DNA of 64,000 nt from Monocercomonoides exilis PA203 (taxonomy: Eukaryota; Protista; Preaxostyla). The position numbers were made by a program, and so were the translations under genes. Positions 48,704 through 60,000 of this stretch are shown one piece after another (the stretch's first letter is position 1; every line of letters starts with the position of its first letter). The notes under the pieces are model-generated. The model was given only the letters and a program-made list of their open reading frames with translations, had not been told where the DNA came from and made no database searches. Location: positions 186,001 to 250,000 of the forward strand of contig LSRY02000056.1 of the NCBI GenBank assembly GCA_001643675.2. The letters run 5' to 3'.

Positions 48704-50845
48704 TTAATTTTTTAAAGTTCTGTTTTTCCTTTCGGGATTTTCTGAGCAATATTGCTCATGTATCTCCATAAGATGAGCCTTTCTCTTTGCGTGACAGAAT
48801 CTGCACTCTTTCATTTCCGCCGATGACGTGGTGTCACTAGAAGATGCAGTAGTTGATGAAGAAGGAGATGACTGTGGTAAAGAAGATGTAACATTCAGCG
48901 AGGGATTAATTGAAGCAGAAGTTGCAGCAAAAGACGATGAAGATTTAGCACAACGATTTGTGTGGACCTAATACCATCAGAATAATTGAAGATAAAAGGA
49001 ATGCATATTTTTGGAGAAAGAAGATAAAAAAAAAATAATTGAGAAAGAATTAAAAAATGAAAGTTAATTCATATGAAGATATTGAAAATGCATAAAAACA
49101 TGAAAAAACACATAAAATTTATGAATATTTTAATATCCAATTCAATGGTACAATAACCTCTCAATAAAAAAAACAAAAAAAAAGTTATTTTTTTGTCTGT
49201 ACCTGAAATATGCTCTTGAGTATCTGCTTGTGGCAATGAGGGCATTCAGCATACTTCGATGTTGTTGTGGCTGACAAAGAAGAGGCTGAAAAAGAGCTTG
49301 GCGCTGCGGCAGACTCAGAAGAAGACGACGAAGAAGAAGAAGCAGAGGCAGTTTGAGAGAAATCGTAGGGAGGAGGAGATCGGTCAGCTGATGAACGAGC
49401 AGAAGAAGTTAATTCAGAAGATAAACTGTATTGTTTAGGAGAAGAAGAAGAAGAAGAAGCAGAAGCAGGATTGTTGGTGGCTGCAGAAACAGCGATAGAA
49501 GAAGAGCCAGAGAAGGAAGGCAATGACGTTGGTTGTGATGTTTGTGACTGAAACTGTCGAAACTGTTGAAATTCATCAACATTTGAGTAATGGCTCTTTT
49601 TCTCAGCAGAATCAAAATTGCTTGATGGAATGGTCGAAGTGCGATTGGATCGCATGTCGTGTTGCGGTAAAGCTTCTTCCACAACTTCAAATGACTCATC
49701 ATTTTTAGCACCTTCAGCAGCTGAAGAGTCTTCCTTTTTTGTTATGTCATCTGACACTTTCATGTTTTCTGTTCTCTTTTCTTCAGCTTTTCTTGGTGCA
49801 TTTTCTGATTTTGTCATTTGCTCAGCGTAAATACCAAGCATGTCATTTTCCGCAATGCGTCTGGAGGAAGGCACCTCCCGTTCTGCAATCACATCTTTTG
49901 GATAATCACGAATTGAGCCTTTGTTCTGTTCTGGGGCTTCATAAATTTTAACATTAGAGCCATTGGACAAATCATCCTCTTTTGCTTCATTCAGTCTGTT
50001 ACCAACAGCAACAGGCTTTGATTCATCTATTTGCAGATCTTCACTAATCACTTCATTCACTTGATCTCTTTCTTTTTCGTTCTTTGTTGAATCTTCTTCC
50101 CCTCTTTCAATTTGTTTAATCTCTTGAGGAATAGAAGGTTGACCTTTATTAATTTGATTTGTTTCATTTCGAGAAAAATTTTCGACTTCATTACCAGATT
50201 CCACAAAATTATTCTTTGATGCGACAATTTGTTCCGCTTCTTCATGGTTCTTAAAAGAGCTACCTTTCATTTCATTTTGTAATCCTTCAGTTGAATGATT
50301 TTCAGATAACAAAGTTGAATGCCCAACAAACTTATCTTGAATTTCGCGTTTGAGGGATATTAATTCTTGCTGAACCTTTTGTGTAGCTGATATTTGTGTG
50401 TTTTGCAAAAGTTGAAGGGCACCAATTAAAGGAGAAAGCGCCTATAAAAACAACGTTTTCAAGTAGTAATATTACTTTTCTTTAATCAAAATAAGATAAA
50501 CATACATCTATTTTTTGTGTCAACGGAGAAGAAGAAGGTTCATCATTCTCATCTGTTATTTCCTGATTAAACGCGAAAAAAAACATATCTAATGGATGTA
50601 AAAAAAGGAGACTCATGTTAAAGTTCTAAGTGAATACCTATGTTTGAAAGAAGAAGAGTAGAAATATGATCAAATGATTCTTGGTCAATGTCTTCCACTC
50701 CTCCAAAATGTGTGGTAAGTTTCTCTCGATATGACTCAATTACAAAATACTTAAAGGCAAGAAATGATGGTATAACTTGCTTTAAAATCTTTCTTTCTTT
50801 TTGATTGAGTTGAATGTCGTGAACAGGTAAAGAATCAAACCACAT
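48704..50845 (-). CDS. Protein with two C-terminal C2HC zinc fingers; exons 50845-50638, 50588-50506, 50441-49203, 48967-48704
   Basis: Splicing yields CPHCHKQILKSIFQ|VHTNRC and CRFCHAKRKAHLMEIHEQYCSENP (C-x2-C-x11-H-x3-C); all introns are GT-AG and keep frame. Confidence 0.75.
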
Positions 50846-51370
50846 GTTTCTCTTTATGGGTGCCCTTCAGTTCATGGATTAAAAACTGTACAATATGAAC
50901 AAAAAACATTATTTCAATGCAAATAATTATCAACCTCATTAATTATGAACCGTTAGAAAATGCTTCGAAAGAGAACAAAATGAACTTTTCAATAAAAATC
51001 CTCACAGTTTAAATCCTCATTGATACACATTCAACGAAAGATAAAATAGCATTAAAAAATGTGAAAAAAAAAAATAAACTACACGAAATTTAAAGAAAGA
51101 ACTATTAAAAAAATATTATATATAAACGAAACAGAAAAAATTACAACATCCAATTCATTGTCTTCAAGGATAAATCGATCCTTTAAAAAATAATTTGATA
51201 ATTGCATCAAAAGAATCAGGTTTACATTAACAGACATTTTGATCTCTGTTTTATTTGCATCCTTTCAAAAAAATCAACAATTGCTCCTTTTGCGAGTGAT
51301 TCTTTGGACTTTCATAGGACTTATCATTCACGCAATAGTTTGACTGTTTCAAACTACATCAAACATTTCC

Positions 51371-52957
51371 TCAGCTTTCTCTCTCATTCATTTCTCCATC
51401 AACTTCGCTTCTTTCTTTTGCATTCTCATCTCCTTCTTTGACATATTCAGCACCTTCTGCGACAGGCCCTGCTCCCATCTTCTTCTTCTTCTTCTTCTTT
51501 TTCTTCTTCTTCTTTTTTCTCGACTCAGTTGAATTGATACTGTTTGTCTCAGTCATATCGTCTTCTGAGGCAAGAAGCGACAAGCTCTGACTCAGCAACT
51601 CCTGCTGCTGCGTAAATGACGAAGCGCCTATGAAACTTGACAAATACGCTTCTTCGTCCAACCCATCTCCGCCCCTCACTTCTTTGATCTCTTTCATCAG
51701 CACTCTTTTCGAGCCAAGTGAAGTCGAATGCAAAGAAGTGGCTGCATCAGCAGAAGAAGCAGAGAAATCATTCGAGCCAGGCGAAGAGGTCAGCGAAGTG
51801 GTCAATTCACTGCCGCGCATTGCATATGCTTTCATCTTTTGTCTGTGTGCCCCTTTCTCCACTCTCGTTTTCCTTGCTGCTTTTGGCCTCGCATTGCTGC
51901 TTTCTGATTGGTTCGGCTGCTTTCTGCCAGATGACACGTAGATCCCGAAGTACAACCCGACAAATATTAAAATAGGAAGAGTGGTTGTGAAAAAACGAAA
52001 TGTGGATTTTCTGTTTAGAGTTGGCGAGCTGTTATAAACAGTTTTTAACATATCGAAAAAATGACAAAAGTTCATTCATAATGAAAATTTCTTGTATAAA
52101 AAAAACTGCAAACCAATTATCTTTATCTGACGGTGGATCGTTAACACACTTTATTTGCTCATCGTGTTTAACAATGAAATCATCAACTTCAATGAATAAC
52201 ACATGCAAAATTGAAGTAGTTAAAAATAGAATTGTTAAAAATATCATCATCGCAGAGAACGCGATAATAGTATTTTTAAATTGCATCATTTGTTGTGATG
52301 TTATATTTTTCGGTATGCGCGTCTTCCAGATCCAAATCAATGCTATATCAATCAGAAACGAGCAGATGGTATAAAACAAATCGTTCAGAACGTATCTCAA
52401 AAGCAAAAAAACGCTATTTCCTTTTTCCGAACTTGCTTCTATCATTGTCCCAACAAAAAGAAAAATATTTAGACCAACAAGTCCAACCCAAAGAACTATG
52501 TCGAAAATTCTACTCAATTTTGGATAATGTTTTGAGATTGATGGTGCACCAGTTGCTTTCCATACAGTGATCATTAACAGTCCCCAAGCAATGTAAAAGA
52601 AAGAGTCAAATAAATACGCGCAAAATATTAATTGTGTGAACTTTGAATAAGGCAAAGGGACAATCATGTTTAGAGAAATTAAAAATGTACACAGAAAATG
52701 TGTGATAAGTGTACCAATTTTGTAATAATTCCTTTTTGCATGTTTCTTTCTAAATTCTTGAATTATGAGAAAGGTTGCTAATAACAAGCATATTATAGTT
52801 GTAACGAGAAGAAAAAATGGAGTAAATGCAGTTGTTGAGTAAATGGCTTAAAAAAAAGATATTTTGAACACTTTCTGTATAAATAAAAAAAAATTGTCAT
52901 ACGAATGCATCGATGAAGCAATTCAAATTGAGTATTTGTTGGTATTTGTTTAGACAT
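51371..52957 (-). CDS. Seven-transmembrane receptor-like protein with long cytoplasmic tail; exons 52957-52903, 52846-52066, 52010-51371
   Basis: Two ~55-nt GT-AG introns join the ORFs into one protein with seven hydrophobic segments and a Ser-rich, poly-Lys tail. The second donor (GTCATT) is weak. Confidence 0.7.
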
Positions 52958-53162
52958 TGCTCCATCAATACGATCTAAACGTATTATATGTTGCACAAAT
53001 TATAGTCATTCAGAAATAAAACCTTTTAAATTTCACTTAAATTTGTCCAAATATTAACGAAAATATATGAAGTGAAAAAGTGAAATGAAAACATTTGCTA
53101 TTTTGAAGTGCAGAATTCATTTTCAAAAAAAAGTATAAAAAACGAAGTTTGCATTATTTCTT

Positions 53163-53945
53163 TCACGCCTTAAACTTTCTTTTTTGTTTTTTGCTACTCC
53201 ACATTTCTTCTGAATCATCAAGTAAAGTTTCAGGAGGAGTTGTTTCTCCAGATTCTTTACTAGATTTTTCATGATCTTTAGAATTTTCGTCTTTAGCGGA
53301 AGTGGTTAACTCCTTTTCTGAAACAAATTTCGATGGCAAAGTTGCTTCACTTATCGAAGGTTGTGATACAACATGTGCCCTTCTGTTTGAAATTTCTGAA
53401 CTCTTCATGTTATCTTTATGGATATCGTTTGCAACGCTAAAATCAGGTTCTTTTGGTGGAAGCATTGCCATAAGGAGATCAAAACGACCTTTCGTAGCAA
53501 GAAGCCTTTTCATGAGAATTGTATCTTTTGAAAGACTTTGTCGAATCCATGTTGAAGTTAGAATTTTCATGTCTTGTTCAGATGAACTTTGAAGAATACG
53601 CTCTCCATGAAGTGTGAAAATAAGTCTCAGCCATGTGCAAAGTAAACCAACTCTTCCAACTTTCTGCTGTTCTTGTTGGCTTGATTCAGATGTGTCAGAA
53701 GCTGTTGCTATGGTTTTCTTATCGAATGCTGGTTCTTCATCAAGTAGATCTTGCAAACCAGAAATAAGAATCATTGCCAATTTTTGAAGGGTAGAGAAAT
53801 CTAGTCCAAAGCAAACGTCTTGGACAGAAGAAATTGGTAATTGCGCGATATACTGAAATAAATCTCCTTTTTTACTTTGAAGAATTAGACCGTACAAATG
53901 CTTAAGCTTTTTGTTTGATTGACGTTTTGACATTGATCCTATCAT
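53163..53945 (-). CDS. Stand-alone Utp12/Dip2-domain protein, Utp5/WDR43-like
   Basis: LLCTWLRLIFTLHGERIL and RLLATKGRFDLLMAML resemble the Utp5 W...L..HG and LL.L.GRLDLL motifs; basic NLS-like C-terminus KKQKRKFKA. Confidence 0.6.
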   Translation of the reverse strand: MIGSMSKRQSNKKLKHLYGLILQSKKGDLFQYIAQLPISSVQDVCFGLDFSTLQKLAMILISGLQDLLDEEPAFDKKTIATASDTSESSQQEQQKVGRVGLLCTWLRLIFTLHGERILQSSSEQDMKILTSTWIRQSLSKDTILMKRLLATKGRFDLLMAMLPPKEPDFSVANDIHKDNMKSSEISNRRAHVVSQPSISEATLPSKFVSEKELTTSAKDENSKDHEKSSKESGETTPPETLLDDSEEMWSSKKQKRKFKA

Positions 53946-54082
53946 CGAAATCTTAATTTCCCCACAAATAATGAAAAAATAAAAATCTCAGATTTCTTTT
54001 TCAAAATAAAGGTTATGTTGTGACCCATCATAATATTTTCAATTTTTTTAAATGCCTTTTCAACGAAGTGAATACACGTAAA

Positions 54083-57000
54083 ATGATTTGTAATATATTG
54101 CATCTAATACTGATTTCTTGTACTTTTATTTTTGAAAACTTTTTCGCTTTTTCTGCGGAAAATAACTTCAATGAATCTTATCGTCATATTTCAAAGGATT
54201 CTGTTCATCAATCTTCTATTAGTCAATTTTATTTAACTTCAAATATGAAAAACATGAAATTATGTTTTGATATAAATTCATTGACTCGTTTAAATGATAA
54301 TTTATGCGCTGAAGTTTATCCATTAATCATTTCTTCTTTTGTTGGTAGTAATGCAACTTTGAACTGTTCATTTTGCAGTTTTTCCCAACGCTTAATGATT
54401 CATCAATTTATAGTAAAGAATCGTTCTATTTTTTCTTTTAAACAATGCACAATTTATATGGAAAAAATTTCGACTCCATTTGAACTTGAAAACGGACATG
54501 TCGACATTTCAAATCTTTCATTAAGAGCCTTTAAAACAAATGGAATTATTGCGCCGTTTTTTTCTTCTTCCAAAATTAAAAATTCCCAATTTGGATCAAT
54601 ATCAATTAATTCTTCTTCATTTTCATCTTTTTCAGTTCAAACAGCTCCTTTTCTTGACTCCTTATTAACATCGTCTTGCAACATTCATCACACTTCATTT
54701 TTCAACTTTTCAGTAAAGACATTTTCATCGAAGAGATTTTCGTTGTTTTCTGGCATGCATTCAACCGAAATTGACTCTTGCTTATTTTATTCAGTCATTG
54801 ATGCATTTCATGGTGGAATTGTTCGATCAATTAACAATCACTCATATAAATACTCTTCATTTAACAGTACTTATTTTCATTGTATTCGTACGACTAATGA
54901 GGTTGAAGAGAAAATTAATGCTTCTCAGATTGTTTCAAGATCATCAACATTTTTCATTGACGACGAATTCAGTGCATGCTCTTGTTCTTGCGCCGATGGA
55001 CAACAATGCTGCTGTGGAGGTGCTATTTATTTTTGTCCTGAAACATCTGATATGAAGGAACAAGATTGCTCAATATCTTTGGAAAGATGCTCATTTACAA
55101 CATGTGGAGCACATTGCACCTTTTTGGAAGCAACTGGAAATGAAACAGCAAAATCTTTTTATAGTACTCAACAAGATCAGTTTTTAAACAAAGAAAATGC
55201 CCAGAAAGAAGAAGAGAAATTATTTGAAAAATCACATACTACAGCCAACAATTCATCAGAAAAGAATGATTATTCCTTATCGAATCAAACGAACACAACT
55301 TCACTTTCATCTCATTCATCTTTGCACAAAACATCTTTTGTATCGGAAACATCGCCAGCTTCTCAATTCGCTCACTCAGTTCATTCGACTTCAAAGAGAT
55401 TTGCTTCTGACGCGCACTTATCACCTTGCCAATTAACTTCTGGTGGTGCTATTTTCTGCTCGAATGTGCGCAAGTTTCTGATGTGCAATTGTTCATTCAA
55501 CAAATGCGGTTCACAGGTACAATGGAATCAGCATGTCAAAAGTGGAGGTGCCGTATTTTTAAGTATTAATAAAAAACACTTTAGTGATTCATATGACCTT
55601 AAAAATGAGAAAAAAGAATGGTCTGAGTACCAAGATTCGTCGATTGTGATTCAAGGGAACAACTTTTCGCGTTGTTCGTCTGAAGAAGAAGGCGGTGCAA
55701 TGACACTTCTTTTTCCATCTTCCGAATCTTTTTTCTTCAGCTGGAATTATTTTATTTATTGCTGTTCCTCTTCAACAGCTGGAGGACAGCTGGCAATGTT
55801 TTTGCTGAGCAATCAAGAGCACCGATTGTCAAAAAATAATGAGAGCACTTTTATCAAAGACAAAGAAATTCCTTGTGATGAATCATATCCGAACAGCAAG
55901 TTTTGCTTCAAGTCAATAACATTTATTCAGAATGGAATGGGACACAAATCTGGAGATTTCTTTCTAGACATTTCTGCTTCAAATATGAGGCAATCTTCAA
56001 AAATGAGTTTTGTGGCCCAAAACAAGACGATTCAATCTGACCTACCACTTTTGTTTTCTTTCTGTATTTTCCATCATCAGTTGCTTAAAACTTCTGAAAT
56101 ACCTTCAGTTAATGCAGATACTGAATCACCTGCTTCATTAATTGTCACTCCTTCAAACTTAGTTATTCAAGATCCCTCCGTTTCGTTAACGTTTTCTCCT
56201 TTCGACAAATATTCATTTTCCACGTCTGTTTCTAACAGAGTATTTCATTCTGTTCTGGGCTCGCAAGATTCATGGCTTCCATACCACGAATGGAGTGTTC
56301 TAATAAACAAAAATGGTGGCAAAGATAGCGAAACTTGCGGATTGGGGTTTGATATCCCTTGTGCTTCAATAAAAGCAGCAGTTGAAATGACAAAAAGATC
56401 AAAAGGAATTAAATGGAAAATTATTATCACTAACACGTCATATGAACCATCGTGCCAATCTGCATATGAACAAGGCACAATAGTGATTGATGATGGAATG
56501 TCTGTTTCAATTACCGGGCAGAGTGCAGATGGAAAAGAAGAAGAGCAGGCAATAATTGTCCCAATTATACCGCTGAACTACGAATCAGCTTCGACATTTG
56601 CAACAAGATCCTCTTTATTTGCAGATATCTTCGAAGGTGATTCGCGGAAAATTTGGATGGAAATATCGGCGTCTTCGTGTGAAATAGAAGAGTTGCACTT
56701 TCAGGATGTTATTGAATCTCCATTTTCTGGGGTAGATATTTCATTTGTGATGTTTTCTGTTAAATTATCAACATTGAAAATGACCAAAGTTTCTTTCTCA
56801 TCAAAAAGCAGCTCCGAGCTCTTTTCAGTTTCAACTGTGTTTAAAGATTTTGCCTCTAAAGTTCCTCAATGCCCTCTTATTTACTGTGCTTCTTCCATTT
56901 TTTTAGTTACAAAATGCTCTTTTGACAGGCTTTATTCAAACGGAGGTACTTTATTTTTAATTGAAAACAATGCATCGCTGGGTTTCGAGGATCCAAGTAT

Positions 57001-60000
57001 TTCTTCCGCTCTTTCAGAAACATGGAAACTATCAGGAATAGAGGCAGTACATCTCCCTGAATATTTTCCGAATAACTCAAATCTTCCAGTTTCTTTCTTT
57101 GTCAACACAACATTCACAAACATCTCCTCGAAATCATCAACAACATATTTCCCATCAGTTATTTTTTCTGTTTCAGTTCCGCTTTGCTTACACAATTGCT
57201 CTTTTAACAGATGCACCTCAAGCGGTTCTTTTAGAGGAGGAGCTATTTTTGTTGCATTCGACGAAAAGGCAAACTTAATCCTATCAAATAACAAGGAGCA
57301 TGATCAGTTAGCAGACGATTTTAATTTAGACCATTGGAATGAAGAAAAACAGAATCACCAAACAATGTTGGAGCTAAACTTCAATAATGTATCATTTATT
57401 AATTGCGAGGCGGCACATTGCCCAATGCAGAAAGAAGCATCGTCTGTGACACTGTCAAATGGAGTGCCAAATCAGTCTGCTCAAAAAAGCAGAGGCGGTG
57501 CAATGTATTTATATCGAGGCAATATGCAGGAACAAGGCATTCCTTTTCTATCAATCTATCAATCTGATTTTGATAAAGTTTCCTCATCATTCAAGACGAC
57601 ACGCTTTGCGACAAAAATTTCATCAAATTTTGACAATTCAGCTGGTTCTTCTTTGTCTCTTATTCCATTTCAGATAAATTGTTGTTCATTTCTCAATAAT
57701 TATGCATCGATAGCAAATAACATATTCTTTTGCCTGCCTCATTTATCAAGCATTGATTTCACATCTTCTCTTTCTCCTCCACTTTTTCAGAATATGTGGG
57801 ACGATACCAACTCGCTTTTTGGATGTGAGCTGGATTCAGCGAATAACAAAGGTAGATATCGAGATATTGATCTTTGCCAGAACTTCTTTTATTCATCTTT
57901 ACGAGTTCATGTATCTTCTGATGCTTTACTCAACTTTGATGATCAGCCAATCTCAACAAATCTTAATCGTATTTCGTCTCAACATCGCAGTTTTGATTGG
58001 TTTTTGTGCGGTTCCTCGGAGCAGCCTTGCCAAACACTAACTGAAGCTGTTAAACATCTTCAAAATGGAGAAGATCGAGCGATCTCTATTGATTTCAATT
58101 ATGCTTCAACAATATTAACAGAAATCAACGATAACTTTGTATTTGGCGGAATAAGTGATTTATACGAAAGATGGGTTTTTGATGCGCACAAATGGAAAAA
58201 GCTTAAGAGTGGTGAAGAAGCACCTCATGCTCTTAAAACCAAGCAAAGCAAACCAAACGACATTTTTTCAAAATTTTCAACTAAAGATCATTCCCTAATA
58301 CAAAACAATGATTTGAATGATCATGGTGTTATTGTTATTGAAGATTCTTGTGTTGTTAGCAGTGCACTCATTATGAGCGATTGTGATATTGGCTGCGAAG
58401 AACAATCAAATAAAGCTTATGGAAGATCGCGCCACAACTCAAAGACACCTTGCCGCCTTGTATTCATAGAGAATAGAGCATCTATCAATCAAAATGCCAT
58501 TCCATCTGATTATTCTCAAAGTGATCACTTGAACGAAAATAACGGTAACTCTGTCTCATATTCAAATCCTTCATTTTTCTTCTTCAACAATAAACGATTG
58601 TATATAACACATTTAACAATTCAATTCTTCATGAACATTTCTGCCTCAACAAAGCCACCAGTTAATAATGAACTGGATTCGTTCTCAAGGGATGATCGAA
58701 CTGCAACTTTGTTATTAAATGATTCTGAGGAAAAATATAGTCCTTCTGACATAAGCGCACTCATTGTATCCACCAAGGGATTAGTGTGGATACAGAAATG
58801 CATTTTGGACCAATCGAATTCATATTATTCGCAAGATAATAATTACAACCACAATCACATTTCTCCTTATTGTGTTATGGAGTTTCCTTCGCTTGTTCTT
58901 CTTCTTTCAGGTTCGTTGCATGTTGACGATCTCCAAGTCACGTCTTCTGTTACTTCGTCTTCACTCTTTATCATCAGTTCAAGAAGTGACCAAGTGTTTG
59001 TGCACGATATGATACTAAACAATCTGACATTATATGATGGTTCTGTTATTACAATCACAGACGAAGATTCTGCGGATGCAAAAAATGTGATAACCACACA
59101 GAGACTTCACCATCTTAAAGTTGAAGTTCGAAGATGTGATTGCAGCGGTCTTATTTCTGCTTCAGGCTCGACATCAGAAAATCATGCACAACCATCATTT
59201 TTCTGTATGGCCTTTGATAATTACGAAGAAAACGATTTATCAGAACGAACTGATAATTTATTGATTTTTAATGTGATCGAAGCGTTAATAACTGATTGCT
59301 CATTCAAAAACTGCAGCTCCTGTTCTCAGAAAGGGGGAACCATTTATGCGAATCTATCAAAAGCCAATTCACTTCATCTGACAAAATGCGATTTCATCAA
59401 CTCTTCTGTGACTCCCTTTGAGAAAGAATCGCAAATAACAGGAAGAGGAAGCTGCCTCTATTTGGAACGCATTTCTGATTTATCAGATTTCTTCATCGGA
59501 AAAATAACACTACGGCAATCGGAGTCCAGCGGAGGTGCTGTTACAAGCCAAAACGCCTTTTTCTTTGAATGCGATTCGCTCAAGAAAACTATCAAACCGT
59601 ATCAATTTCGATTTGATCGCAGACCAAAATTCAGTGGCTTTCAGCCTCATTCGATGACTGGAGCTGAAATAAACCACAAGATAAATGCATCAGTTGACGA
59701 TGATACAATTAACTCAAACGATGAAAATAAAAACATCCTTCTTCTGGATAATTGCTTAGCAGCGAAACAGTTTGACGTTGTATTCGCGGGGGGATTATTA
59801 GCAAAATACCAACAAAAGGCAACAATAGACAATGCATTTATTTTACACCATCAAAATGAAGATGATTGCGGAGAAACTCCGAGTCATCCGTGCTCTTCAC
59901 TAAATAGCGCAGTGGAACATCTTTCATTTCACACAAATTCGTCAATTGTTATCATTGGTTCATTGTTGATTAGCGAAGAAGTTGACCTTTCGATGGCGGC

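Noticed and set aside
52011-52055. Non-canonical AT-AG intron or programmed frameshift joining the two membrane-protein ORFs
   Set aside because: A canonical GT-AG intron at 52065-52011 restores the frame.
12898-53945. Functional clustering of flagellar or ribosome/splicing genes
   Set aside because: The genes are interspersed on both strands with unrelated genes, consistent with ordinary housekeeping density.
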